DNA of 63,950 nucleotides, the filler included, from Lenisia limosa (Eukaryota > Protista > Breviatea), in assembly GCA_001655205.1 (NCBI GenBank). It is 14 parts of 14 records of this genome, joined end to end, with 100 filler letters (N's around TTAATTAATTAA, not from the genome) between each part and the next. Parts side by side here need not be neighbours in the genome. Positions count along the whole stretch, not along the records: positions 48,040 to 53,571 come from LPNZ01006606.1; positions 53,672 to 55,684 come from LPNZ01003847.1; positions 55,785 to 57,770 come from LPNZ01002336.1; positions 57,871 to 63,950 come from LPNZ01011071.1; 10 more parts are not named here. The stretch is one strand, 5' to 3'. A model generated the notes under the pieces. That model searched no databases. It was not told the DNA's origin and was given only the letters and a program-made list of their open reading frames with translations. Below, in pieces: positions 48,524-61,536 of the stretch. The position numbers and the translations under genes are program-made. Positions within the stretch are counted from its first letter, which is position 1, and every line of letters begins with the position of its first letter.

Positions 48524-51510
48524 TGCTCCCACACACTCTGGGAAGTTTAGAAGAACGTTGGGTTGAATCGCCTTGCCAAAAGCAAAAATGCCTGAAAATG
48601 CAATCTAAACAATTAGATTTTGCAGAACATGAAATGACACAGGAATTCACATACATATTGATAAACATCAAACCTCTCCCCCCAAAAACACCAAACATAC
48701 ATATACCAAGTTGAAACCAAGCATATAANNNNNNNNNNNNNNNNNNNNNNNNNNNNNNNNNNNNNNNNNNNNNNNNNNNNNNNNNNNNNNNNNNNNNNNN
48801 NNNNNNNNNNNNNNNNNNNNNNNNNNNNNNNNNNNNNNNNNNNNNNNNNNNNNNACCAGACGGATGTTTCTTCGGGTCATTCTTTCCAGTCCTGTGTGGA
48901 TCGAAAAGATTGTTTGCTGCCCTCCAAACCTGCAAATATGTAAAATGGAAAATGAACAAGTAGTATCAATGAGACTTGTCTGTCAATTATTTTACGACTG
49001 GAGGTATCATATCACTGAAGAAAATGATATGACCCAAAAAGTGATACAAATCTCCCCCAAAATCTTATGCACTAGCCAGTCTTTTTCGAACCGAGGTGAA
49101 GGCCTAATGTTAACGCTTGCAGAAATGCACAAAACACTGCGTACGCAAAAATGAGAATTGGCAGAGCTTTGAAGAGTCCGGCAGACGTCAAGTCGAACAA
49201 TGGAACTGCCCTGTTGCAATTAGGGGACTGGAAATTGGGAAACATCTCACCCCCTCCCCCCAGTACAAACATCCCTACTCGTAACCATTAACTGCCATCA
49301 ACATAATTATCAATAATAATCACCAATATAATTATCAACATAATCATCAACATAATCATCACACTCACAATCATTAACCCCCCCCCCCACTCGTAATCCT
49401 CACTGTGACCCGAAGTTTCCTTAACGGCAGAAACGACAAGCATGATGGTCATCAGGAAAATGGAGGTTACCGCAATGAACGCAGTGAACCTGGGGGAAGG
49501 TGTCATGATAATTAGGGGAAAACTGCCAAAATATCGATGTTTATCGAGTATTTATCGAAAAATGCACTTTTGGACCGTAAGAAAACCCCCAGGATCTAAG
49601 GATAATACCACAATAAGGAGAGAGTGGCAAGCTACAAATAGTGAGATGAAAATTGATTTACTCGGACACTAATTTAGGGCTCCGTGCAATTAATTGAAGG
49701 TGCAAGTCAAATAAAAAGACAGATTTTATGAAAATTTGCAAACAGTAGTGTAAATCACTGGATCATATTTACACGATAATACCCCCCCCCCCCNNNNNNN
49801 NNNNNNNNNNNNNNNNNNNNNNNNNNNNNNNNNNNNNNNNNNNNNNNNNNNNNNNNNNNNNNNNNNNNNNNNNNNNNNNNNNNNNNNNNNNTATGTTTCC
49901 CAAATGCTAGCCAACAGAGTTGATCTTTTTAATTTTGTTTCACAAATTTTCGATTTTACTCCTCTCCCCTCCCCATTGACCCACTTGAGAGAACTGAGGT
50001 TTCTTAGAAACGAGATCGGAGCGCAAAAGAAGAGAACCACGAACACAATCACAATTTTGTGGTTACTGACAAGGTCCTCGTCAACACTATTAACATTAGT
50101 TAACAGTTTGTCAGGATTATTATCGTATGTATTACAACACCAACCCGATGTATTGAAGAACGTCAGGTAACAGGTCTCCAATCACTAACTAAACAGGTCA
50201 GACAAGAGTGGTTCTCATGTGTGTTTTGTTGTATCCCTAGGTCTGTCAAATAGATATTTTTCTTGCCTTCAAAAAAGACACCCTCCTGTTTGATTTAACA
50301 CACAGAATAAATAAATTCACCCACGACTAAATCTAATTAAGATGAACTTTGTCACCCCTCCTCTCAGACCAGCATCGCAGTAAGGGCTCCAATAGCTTTG
50401 AGAACAATGAAGAAATCCACGATCTTCACCACCGACGGATATGTAAAAAATGCAAGTTCGCGGAAAGCTAGAATTCTGTGAGAATATGCCACAACACAGG
50501 GAATACACAAGAAGCTAAATTTGTGTTTGCTTATTCAATATTGTATGTTGCAATGGGTAATCATCATCTTATAATATTTGACCATGAGAAAACGATGTTA
50601 AAGTGTAATAGTAAACTCCAACTATTCATAATAATACGGAAATAATCACGCATACACCCCTTTCCCCCCGTACATCTCATAACACCAAGCTTTTCGCTGC
50701 ATTCGATGAGCATGAAGAACGACCGCATAGTCATTAGCGCCACAATAACAAGTACTATGATTCCAAGCATAATTCCTGAGGTCATGAGAAATAGCATAAT
50801 TCCCTGAAATGTCAAGAGTCAGTTCAGCCCGAAAAAGATCGGCGGCTTCCTTACGGTCCCTAAAAAGACTGTTTTTTTTTTCTCGATAAATCCTCGATAC
50901 ATTCATGTTTTGCCGGTCATTTTCGGACCGTAGGGAAGACCTAGATACCACCAAAATAGTTCTCTGCAATACGTTTGACCACAGTTGGGTATTGAAACTG
51001 TGGACAGAGTATTTGAAGTGTTTAGTAGTTTGGACAGTGATGAATGAAGAGGAAACTTGACAGCTCTGTGATTGTAATAACAGACAGAACGTCCCCAATC
51101 ACCGAGGAGGGAAACACCATAGGCCGTAGCGAGTGTGGCTGAACCTGAAAAATGTAAGTTTCGAATCCAAAACCGAATATGTATCAAATTTGACTTGCTA
51201 ATACATAAGATTCCAGGAAAGCTGCGTTCGAAACTTGGATAATAAATATCTAGTAGTAGTACACAATCACCCAAAAGACCTGGGATTCACTTAAGACTGA
51301 ATTCTCGAAAAATTCTCGATAGATATCGATATTCTTCTGAGATTGAATTCTCGATTGCCCTTTAACAAAAATCAATAGTAGTATATTTCCTTTTAGGAAC
51401 ACAAAGAAACGCTAAATAAGGCCGCGCCGTGCCTACCTAAGAAGGTATTGACCATGATGAAGATGGAGACGGAGATCGGAGTGGCTCCATCAAAAATGAG
51501 TCCAACCTGA
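48524..51510 (-). CDS. Amino-acid transporter, SLC38/AAAP (Aa_trans) family; N-terminal exons may extend to about 52570
   Basis: Exons: ISVSIFIMVNTFLGSATLATAYGVSLLG, IMLGIIVLVIVALMTMRSFFMLIECSEKL, VKIVDFFIVLKAIGALTAML, FFCAPISFLRNLSSLKWFTAFIAV, LFKALPILIFAFGGQQTIFSIHTGL and IQPNVLLNFP. These are classic AAAP motifs. Confidence 0.88.
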
Positions 51511-53671
51511 CAAAGGTCAAGTGAACAGAATTTAAATAGGTGTTGCGCTAATGTGATCAATTCAAGATGTATTGGTCAAGATTATCGAGACTTATCGAAA
51601 AATTCAGTGATCTTTGGTACCGTAGATAATCCCTATGCATTGATATTCTGAATAGCAATAATTAATTCGTACCTCGAGGGGGTTGAAAACTGGCTTGATC
51701 GCAGGGCCGACAGCAACAAATTCGTTCTGATGAGATAAAGTGGAGAATATAAATAAATAAATTGATCTGGATAAGTCTTGACCGTATTTCCTGAGAAATC
51801 ACATAGCAAATCGGTCAAGACTTATCCTGGTCAATGAGGAATTTTAACACATTCAATAAACGGGTTGGTAGAGATGAAGATGGTAGTGGTGGTGAAGAGA
51901 AAAAAACCATCATTGGCACTTCGGGGATGTAACCACAAACAGTTACTTATGAGAGGGACCATTATTTGGCTCGGCTACAGATGCTAAACTACAGGCAAGT
52001 GTTTTGAAAACATTTTTGAAAACATAACATATCAGAAGCAGGAAATAGGAGGTGTGTGATTATGATGGGTTCATAATTATTTAAAAAACAAAAATGTGAA
52101 AAGTACAAATAAGTTAGCCATGAGAACGAATTCAATATTATCATCTTGGTATGAACTAAACTAAGTTGAAACTAACGGGACTTCAAAAGTACTAACAAAA
52201 TTCTCATCCGCCTTGGTTCTCATTCTCATATCCGGCATTATTGCAATTTTTGCCTATCCATCCGAACTGAAATGATCCGCTTTTATGTTGGCAGTGGGCC
52301 TCAATAAAACAGTTAGCTACATGGCTTATTTGATCAGAAGATGGCGCTAAAAGGAATTTCGAGTGTTTTTCGTTTGAGAGACATTTCCATTGGTCCGATA
52401 ACTGCTGATATTGGGTCCGATCTCCGAACCGATAGAGGACGGCCGGGTTTTGACGATTTGCAAAAATACCATCAATATTAAGCATAATGGCATAGTGTTA
52501 TCATTATCACGCATAGGATGGCTCAGAAGGAGCAAGGGTAGAGAAGTGGGAATGAGTCAAAGCATGAGGCTTACCATTTTGAGATTTGGGGTACGAAAAA
52601 CGAAGGTCTTAAGCGCAGCGTATCAATTCTAGGGCAATAGGCTCATTAACTTGGCTAGGGGTAAAAAGAGAAGGATACTCTTTCGGTTTTCGGGTGAAGC
52701 GCCGTTTATTATACACACCACTTACTACTAAACAAAAAATACTACACTCCAGCAGGAAGAATAGAAAAAGAAACAAATTCTGGACAAATTCCATTAATAA
52801 AGAGATCCACGTGATCTCTCCCTTGTTTGCTTCTATCTTGATATCCTTTGTCCTTACTTTCAAACTCCCAACCACCCATGTTGAATCAGGGAGGGGGGGG
52901 TCACTCCCCAAAATATGTTCCTTACCGCACTAGTGGTTCAACGTATTTTCAGTGACGTTGTACGGTGTATGGCGAAATTTGTTCTATATCCAAGAAATTT
53001 GCATATGAAAAAAAGTAAAAAAAGTTGTAAAAAAAGTCCTGACTCGGTGGAAAAGTCGAAAATTTCCCAAAAATTGTTAAAAATAAAAAATATATATATA
53101 TATATTGATATATATATCTATAAACTTCAAAAACAAAACGGACTGGATGTCGAAAAAAAAAGTTGTCGTGTTTTCAATAGTGGCAGTGTACTTGGTGAAC
53201 ACATTTTGGAGAGTGACCCCCGCCCCCTTGTGTTGAATCATCTGTGAATCATTGAATCTCAGCATATATTTGTAGATTACATTGAAACTCTGTTTTTTGA
53301 TCAGCCTCTATTTCTCAACGACTAAATTTGAACAATTGAACAGCCATTCCCTACACCTACACCGGTTTTTTTCCCTTCAGATTCCAGATTCCAGATTTCA
53401 CCAAATATCTAGACTCAATGATCCTCTAAATAAACACAGTAAATCAGCACATAAATAATAGAAAAACTAAACAAGGCACCCCGGAAATTTCGGGGATCTA
53501 ATCGTAGAAATCAGCTGGCAACTCTACCTCCAAAGATTCTGTAAAGTGAATTGGTTGTTGGCGAATCGTATNNNNNNNNNNNNNNNNNNNNNNNNNNNNN
53601 NNNNNNNNNNNNNNNTTAATTAATTAANNNNNNNNNNNNNNNNNNNNNNNNNNNNNNNNNNNNNNNNNNNN

Positions 53672-53833
53672 GGCTTGTGGCGGCTCTCAGGTACATAGGG
53701 GGAGGGGGGTCACGTGGGATGCATATACTTTCTCTCCCCCTCTCACTGGTTGGTATCTGAATACTGTGTACATCGCTGTATTGTGGGCTTTTTTGTTTCT
53801 CTCTTTGCTTTCATAGATCCCCCCCCCCTGTTC

Positions 53834-53864
<31 letters not shown>

Positions 53865-55255
53865 TTATGTTGTTAGCCAACATAGTTGATTTTGTGCTTT
53901 TTTGTTTCATACCTTTTACCTTTTTTCTCATTGTGCCGAACCCCCTCTTTTTTTTTCTTTTTTACCCAATAGGACACGGTGTGCAGTAACAGATGTCCGG
54001 ATGAACAGGGGTACTCACACTGCCAGGCTTGTATCCATGGCACCATTGCTGAGTTCGCCTGTTTGGTATGGGGAATAGAGAGGGAGGTGATTAAGGAACT
54101 TGCTTTTCAATTCTGTCCACAATATCATCTGCAAAACACGTGTATGAAACCTTGGAATATACGATAAAATAGAGAGTAGTTATGCTTTGTTTTTTTTTGT
54201 TTTGTTTTTTTTTTTTGTGGGGGGGGGGGGNNNNNNNNNNNNNNNNNNNNNNNNNNNNNNNNNNNNNNNNNNTCTTAGGGTTGAGGAAAACGGACGTAAT
54301 ATTGTCGCATTATTATCATCAGTTCAGTTCAGTTCAGTTCATTCCTGGAAAACTGTCATTTTCGCCCATTTGATCATTTAGATCTGCGACTCCACCACCA
54401 TTTTCAATACCACGTCTCAGGTACGACTGGCTAGTTGCACTGGTTTTGAGCTTTCTTCGTCATTCTACATTAATAGATAGTGAGCTTCCCTACGGTCCGA
54501 AAAATACCGCTTAAATATCGATATTTATCGAGGATTTATCGAGAAATTCAGTCTTTTTTGGGACAGTAGGGAAGCCTTAAATATAATAAATCCAAGATTA
54601 TTATCAATAAATCCACGCCACATTTACGCCACAGCTCTGCACATGCGCACTAGAGCCATGGGAGTGTCGAAACGACGGCGTTCTCAATACCAACACGTGC
54701 CTCTGCGAATGCACCGCGCAGTGGTCTGGACGTCTATGCACGCTGGCTGTTGGTAGTAGTGACCAGTTCATGGGCGTCTGGCTGATCGCCTTGATCGTTG
54801 TGGCCGTGAGTATAGGTGGGAGGGGATTTATTTGGGTTTATTTTTAGAATCATGATTATTTTTTACTAATAATTATTATTTTACTTGTAAGATTTTTTAT
54901 TATTAATATTTCTTTTGATTTGGTCTCCCCATAACCCATTTCACGTTACTTATTACCCCGTTCATGTCCGCCTCCAATGCCACACACACACACACAAACT
55001 AAGAGTACTTTTTTTTGCAGTAAACTCTCGAAACTAGGATCATAGAGATCTGGAGGTTGACTTTACTCAAAGAAAATCACACACATCAAACTAACAGTAC
55101 CTCTACCCTCACCCCCAGCCCAGTTCCTCTAACGTAACCCAGCCCTCTTCGGAGTTGCCCTTCTCTGCTGCATGGTGACCCAGAAAAGGCCACAATATCA
55201 AGCCCTTCCACACGATGATGATAACTCCTCTTCGTCAATACAAAATGATCCGTAA
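53672..55255 (+). CDS. Cys-rich single-pass type I membrane protein with a juxtamembrane EGF-like domain, 3' part
   Basis: DTVCSNRCPDEQGYSHCQACIHGTIAEFACL / ICDSTTIFNTTSQ / LCTCALEPWECRNDGVLNTNTCLCECTAQWSGRLCT (EGF-like) / TM VWLIALIVVAVSIALFGVALLCCMV / tail TQKRPQYQALPHDDDNSSSSIQNDP*. The last three junctions checked are in phase. Confidence 0.8.
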
Positions 55256-55784
55256 AAAAGGGGTTTGAAATAGGACTTCACTTCGGTTCGAAAAAACAGG
55301 TAAAATATCGATATTTTTTGAGGATTTTTCGAGAAATTCAGTCTTTCCCCCTTCCTTTACNNNNNNNNNNNNNNNNNNNNNNNNNNNNNNNNNNNNNNNN
55401 NNNNNNNNNNNNNNNNNNNNNNNNNNNNNNNNNNNNNNNNNNNNNNNNNNNNNNNNNNNNNNNNNNNNNNNNNNNNNNNNNNNNNNNNNNNNNNNNNNNN
55501 NNNNNNNNNNNNNNNNNNNNNNNNNNNNNNCTCTTGTCTCGCTGCGGTTAACTAACCATTAAAATGTTCATAATAAGAAAAGAGAGGCAAAAAGACATAG
55601 ATACGGGGAGAAAGCTGCTAATACTTGTGACTCTTCACAGCTGAAAACATGAGAAGTTATCCCCTCCAGGCTGTAGGGTATATGNNNNNNNNNNNNNNNN
55701 NNNNNNNNNNNNNNNNNNNNNNNNNNNNTTAATTAATTAANNNNNNNNNNNNNNNNNNNNNNNNNNNNNNNNNNNNNNNNNNNN

Positions 55785-55949
55785 CAAACCGCTGCAGAAG
55801 CAAGGAACTTCATCTCTGCTTCTGTCGGAAAGGTGTGGAGGGGGTGATGGCAGTTCCTTCAATGCTAATATTCCGAGCTCTTCTCGGGGTACCATTCCAG
55901 TTTCACTCCCCAGGTCCACGCTGTTCAAGCCTGGGCTGAAGAAGCCTAA
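55785..55949 (+). CDS. C-terminal fragment of an unidentified gene (2 exons)
   Basis: QTAAEARNFISASVGK / VHAVQAWAEEA* with a canonical intron. Confidence 0.45.
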
Positions 55950-56388
55950 TGGGTACCCCTTCTGCACCTCTATGTTTTTGATCTCTAATAATATATTTCT
56001 TTCTGTTGCCTAAGTGGCATCCATTTGGCCGTTATTTGGGGGTATTAGGCAGTGGTGTTCGCAACCTCCTCGTTTTGCAATTCGAGAGCGATTGTAAAAA
56101 AAGCCTCAAAGATGAGAAACGGTCCTTCTCATAGTTAACTCTTGAATTTTTCACACATCTGAATTGACAAGAAAGATCAAAAGATCTTATTTTTTTTGAA
56201 AATTAGGTGTTTTTTTTTCTATCTTTTTATCGTTGTTTAGTTGTTTAGCACTGTTAGACCGTGTTAGACCACCTATTGTTAATTATTATCATATAATATC
56301 ATCAATCTTAATCTGAGTTGGTTTTATTTCCGGAATGTTTGGCAGCTGTAAGCCTTCCTCTCCCTTCCGTACTCTGTTTACCATCTAG

Positions 56389-57148
56389 CACTACAAAACA
56401 GCAAGAAGACGCCGCCCAAACGCTCAAGTACTCACTGTGCTTTTCTTTACTCAACACCCCACCCCTGATCGCACTCCTTTCTAATTCACAGACCTTAAGC
56501 GTCCTGGAGACCCTCCAGCAAGACCAAAAGCGGCTCAGCCTGAAGGAACCACCAGCGGCCATGTTCAGCCCGATTTGATTCATCTTGCAACGCATATGGC
56601 TGGGACCATGGGAAGGTACACTGGGTTTAAGGGGAATCGGGTTGAGTCAGCATATATTCTTCGGATTGAGTTCGTCGCAAGAACCAGATGTAAATCAGTT
56701 ACGATTCCGCAGTAAGGATAAGATCTCCTCCATTTGCTCAAATATGACCTTCATTAAAATTCGCTGCTCTTCTCATTGCATCAAGACGCAAGACCATGGA
56801 GGATACGCATGTTGTCATTAAGGACCTTCGCGGCTTGTTCCCTCTTCCCTCCGGCCTCCCCAAGGAAGTCACACGCCTCTCTTGGTACAGTATGGGGGGT
56901 TATGCCTGGGGTGTGGGGGTGTGTGATCATCGCCATCTTGGTGTATATAGTTGTGGTTTTGATGTTGGTGTTGGTGATGATGATGGTGAAGGTAGCATAG
57001 CATCAGCACCATGTTACAAAACGTAAACAAGAGCGATTCGAAAAACACTACGTAACCCGTTAACTCCCCAGGTATATATGACGGGCATGGAGGTATCAAG
57101 GCTGCAGAATACCTTGCAAAGCATCTTCACACAGCTGTTATCAAATTG
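56389..57148 (+). CDS. ILKAP: PP2C-family protein phosphatase, ILKAP-like, N-terminal part
   Basis: GRRKTMEDTHVVIKDLRGLFPLPSGLPKEVTRLSWYSIYDGHGGIKAAEYLAKHLHT contains PP2C motifs 1 and 2 (RxxMED, DGHGG). The insert before the DGHGG strand resembles ILKAP. Confidence 0.8.
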
Positions 57149-58813
57149 GTGGGGTGGGGGTGTTTTCTTCAAATTTCTTATTTGAGAGGATTTTTTTACT
57201 TGACCTGTTCTCATGATCTGTATAAATGAAACAAAACGTTCTTTGCATTTCCTTGTTTGACACATTAGATGACCAATATGAAGTGGGACTGTACTGCAGC
57301 AGTAGGGGGTGGACGAATAGCACGTGAAGTAAAAAAAAACGAAATTCATTTATCAAGGATTTATCGAGAAATCTATTTGGCCATTTGAAGCATTAATAGC
57401 AAGAAACTACATTAAATGCAAATCACGCAGGCTACACTTGGTTTTGGCTCTATTTGGAGATAAAGTAAAGTAAAATTATCAAACTTATGCTTCGCCGCTC
57501 TCCTCTGACACCTCAATATGGTGCGTTCGAAATGCAAGGTTTCTTAGGAATCTTATGGTTTTGCGTTCGAAGGGTCAAGATTTCTTAGGAAGCTTAAGGT
57601 TTTGCGTTCGAAGTTTCATGAAATCTTGATACTTTGTCAGTGTGGGAAGAAGAGTTTTAGATGGGATGTCTCAGAGGTCATGGAAGATCATACATAGTAT
57701 GGCAAAAAGCATAATTTTTGTGTTGTTTCAAAATTTCTTTTTGTTTTTGTGATTTCATCAATAAGAAACGNNNNNNNNNNNNNNNNNNNNNNNNNNNNNN
57801 NNNNNNNNNNNNNNTTAATTAATTAANNNNNNNNNNNNNNNNNNNNNNNNNNNNNNNNNNNNNNNNNNNNTTTTGTGACAACAAATACTCGTTAATCAAG
57901 AATAAAAGGGGAAAATATTAGAAAAAAAAAAACCATGAAAAGGGAATGAACTGGACTATTAAGAGACTACTTCTGGAAAATTCNNNNNNNNNNNNNNNNN
58001 NNNNNNNNNNNNNNNNNNNNNNNNNNNNNNNNNNNNNNNNNNNNNNNNNNNNNNNNNNNNNNNNNNNNNNNNNNNNNNNNNNNNNNNNNNNNNNNNNNNN
58101 NNNNNNNNNNNNNNNNNNNNNNNNNNNNNNNNNNNNNNNNNNNNNNNATTAACTCCTTAGAAAACAGTCGTCCATGCGTACATTTGTGGATTGTTTGACG
58201 CTGTGAGTTCATGTATCTTTGGAGTTCATTGGTTTTCTATTTTTTAACGATTATTATTGAATGTGATTACACTATTGATTTTTTAGATTGGCACATTGTA
58301 ATGCGTACTCAAAAATCCCGTCATGCCTTTCCACCAATTCATTCGGTTTGAATGATTGCATGTGAAACTAAATTGAAAATAATGGTCCATGGTCATATCA
58401 TAGTTGTCAGTTGTAAAATTTGGAAAGTTTAGTCAATGTCATAAAGTATAGCAGTTATGTTAAGATTAACTTTATGATAAGCGTATAAATCCAACATGTT
58501 AATTACAATTTAGAATTAGACTTCCTTTCGGTTGTTTCAACCCTTCAAAAGAATGAAATGTACTTTTCTTGCTTTTGTGATATCCAAAAGTTCATGTAAG
58601 CTCCGGTATATTTCTAATATACAATGACCGGGATAAGTCTTGACCGATTTTCCTTGAGAAATCATATTGCAAATGGGTCAAGACTTATTCCGGTCACTGT
58701 AAATAAAATTTTCACTCATTGCAATTTTTCAGTATTTTGAGATATAATTAGCAAACAATCCACCAGCAAACAGTTTTAGGAAATGGACTCTATTTGATCA
58801 TTTGATCTTGTAG

Positions 58814-60621
58814 ATCTTGGATTCATGTTGTCTGCCAGTGCTACCATCCACTCCCATTTACAAACTGCAGTAGGATGCGTCAGGTTTGTTAAAGATGCAT
58901 AGGTGGCACATTTTGTGTACCGCTAACCACGATCACGGCTTATATTCCTAATAAACGTATCCTTTTACGGATCCAATATTCGAATTTGTTTTCAATTTGT
59001 TTGTGCATAATATTTGTTTCACAATTTCAGATTGTAGAATTTGGTGATTATCTGCTTCACACAGTCAAAGAGTGAGTTGGAATTATACTCTCTCAATATG
59101 CAGTATTGGTCAGCGTTGAATTTGTCATAATTATTACCAAAACGTCATAATTGATACTTCGTAGTCGATTCCAGCCTGTAGACATTCTGTCATATTTCAC
59201 AGCACTAATTGCGCTACATGTCGGATACTTTGGGTGAGCACCGGGTTGAATTGTAGTATTGATCGACATGTGAGCTTGGTAACGTTTTAGATACTTCAAT
59301 AGTCACGCATAACTTTTATAATATACTATTCAAAAATGAACTCTTGTTGCAGAAATGTTATTGAACCATCTTAACGCATGATGACATCGAATTTAGTGCA
59401 AATGAGAAAGAGCTGGTTAAATCCGCACACCCTATTACAACTATCTACCCAGGAATGTCGGTATGTAAGACGCAGTATGTGCAATTGTATGTACTTGTCT
59501 GGTGTGGTCCCTATTAGTTTGGCTTTTGCCTCAACACTACAATATATCTTGTTCAAGTGTTCATTCATGTCCTTTTTACTTTGATTCCAATTCTTGCATA
59601 ATCTTTCAATACAATCAGGTGCTTCAAATGTACCACTGCAGCCAGGTCTTCCGACTCGTACGAATCGAAGATCTCAGCTTCCTCAGAGACTCTGTTGACA
59701 GGTTGGTTAGACCTAATCGTTACGTTTCTTACAGTTGCTAACCAACAGAACTTCTTGGTTTCCATGACATAGATGGAATCCGAGGATTAGAAACGTAGCT
59801 AATTTGATTCAGGAAGAAGTTTCGAGATGTAGTCTCAAACCTTTTCTTGGCCTCTGATCTCAAGAACCATTTTAAGTACATCCCCAACCTTCCAAGCATT
59901 GGTAAGTTAGTATATGTTGTATTGTCTGAAGAATAAACATCGCTATGTTCTTCGTTTTGATGGTTTAGAAATTGACGACTCCACCAAGTTGCAATACTTT
60001 GTCAAACTTGCAGATATGAGGTTGGTAACAGCTATAAATTCAGTATGATTAAGGTAATTTACTGTTTACGGAAAAGAGCACACTAACAATATCAGCAGAA
60101 ATTCATTTTTTCAGTTTTCAATTTCTGCCTCTGGAAACTGCGCGAATGTGGATCAACCAGAAGAATCAAGAGGGCAGACTTTATGTCGGTGGTATAAATA
60201 TATGTAGCTAATATAACTATATTACCAATATATTTGTACAATATAGTAATAATATTATATATTATCTATTATATTTGTATATTGCAATTAGACCTTTACG
60301 TATATGAATTTTCCACACATTAATATATGACACACTACTTACTGGGCAAGTCTTGATTGATCGTCGAAGTATGATTATATACACCTACTTACCACCGCCG
60401 CTAATAATGTATACTTTTGCACCTTCAGTTAACCTAATTCATTCAGAATCCAACTTTTTGCAACTCAGCGCAGCAAAATATATCCGCAATGAAGTTAGTT
60501 GATAAATGCTTATATTTCGAACTCTGATTATCATATTTTGACAAGTCAATATCTCAGCTGACAATTGTGTAGATACATATTCCTGCCCTATCTAAAATCT
60601 TTCGAATCCACGTTTACACAG
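58814..60621 (+). CDS. Cyclic-nucleotide phosphodiesterase (class I PDEase) fold protein, probably catalytically inactive
   Basis: In-phase exons 58814-58883, 59031-59071, 59165-59233, 59397-59460, 59619-59701, 59813-59901 and further exons give ...PFTNCSRMRQIVEFGDYLL...ALIALHVGYFGANEKELVKSAHPITTIYPGMSVLQMYHCSQVFRLV...KKFRDVVSNLFLASDLKNHFKYI...FVKLADMSFQFLPLETARMW. This is collinear with the PDE catalytic domain. Confidence 0.8.
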
Positions 60622-61536
60622 GTCAAACTGTTCCAGAAAGGTGGTCATATGATGGATTGAAATTCTCATTAACATCATCTAAGAATATAATCTGAACAAT
60701 AAGTAAATCCCGTATAAACAATTTATCTAGAACGACAATAACCATTTAGCATGTCACAACCTCCCTGCAGCCTTTATAAATGAGTGTTCTAGCAGCCCTC
60801 TCACAGAACAAGTCCCAACCCCTGCTCCCTCCTCCCCGTGTTCCACCCAACCTCTCGCTGTGCATGATTTTTAAGGTTATGGTATTTTCTCTGGTTTTTA
60901 TCTTTTTCTCTTATTTCTCTTTTACATCTCTTTTACGTCTCTTTTTAATTAATTCTGTATAACTTAAAGATTGTTTATTCATTCATTACAACGAACAATC
61001 TGGCTTGCAAAGTTTGTAATTTCTTGTAGTACTCTCAAATTGTGTTCTCCTAAAAAGGATGAGATACTGTTACAAAGGAATAGACACAAACCATTAGCAA
61101 GAAGTTGGACTGATGACAAACGGCAAAACAATGTATCTTAATAGGTCAAAGTGTTACATATGCCACAGGTCATTACAACAGAAGCTATCCTCTACAGTGT
61201 TACTGTGGTGATTAACAATTGCGTTCCCTCCTGAAACTGTCATTTTGCTGTTATTTGTTTCAAGGACAGCCGTAATCGCTGGTTAAACGCCTTTGTGATA
61301 TTATGGTTGTCAACATGTCAAAAACGACATAGAAATCACTTTTAAGTACTGCCACTCATTCTTTTTCTAATAGCTTGAAAATTTGAACAACAAGTGAAAC
61401 ACACCAATGTAAAAAGGCAAGTACGACCACTTCGACTCTTACATACCAAAACAACAAAGAAACAAAGGAAAATAAAAAAACTGATATCTACAGTATCATG
61501 TGTCACCTCGATGTGTCATTGTGGGCTAAATGATGC

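Noticed and set aside
1705-57826. Recurrent palindromic TTAATTAATTAA as a biological motif
   Set aside because: Always embedded in fixed-length N runs and carrying stops in all six frames, so it is an assembly or pseudomolecule linker. Gene neighbourhood across linkers cannot be assumed.
59341-59400. In-frame TGA (KCY*TILTHDD) suggesting stop-codon reassignment or selenocysteine
   Set aside because: The true acceptor appears to be atttag at 59396, which matches the upstream exon phase and the PDE alignment, so the TGA is intronic. Other genes end normally in TAG, TGA or TAA.
60100-60200. Possible GC-AG intron at the end of the PDE exon (GAG G|gcagac)
   Set aside because: A canonical GT donor 15 nt downstream has the same phase, and the two cannot be distinguished without cDNA.
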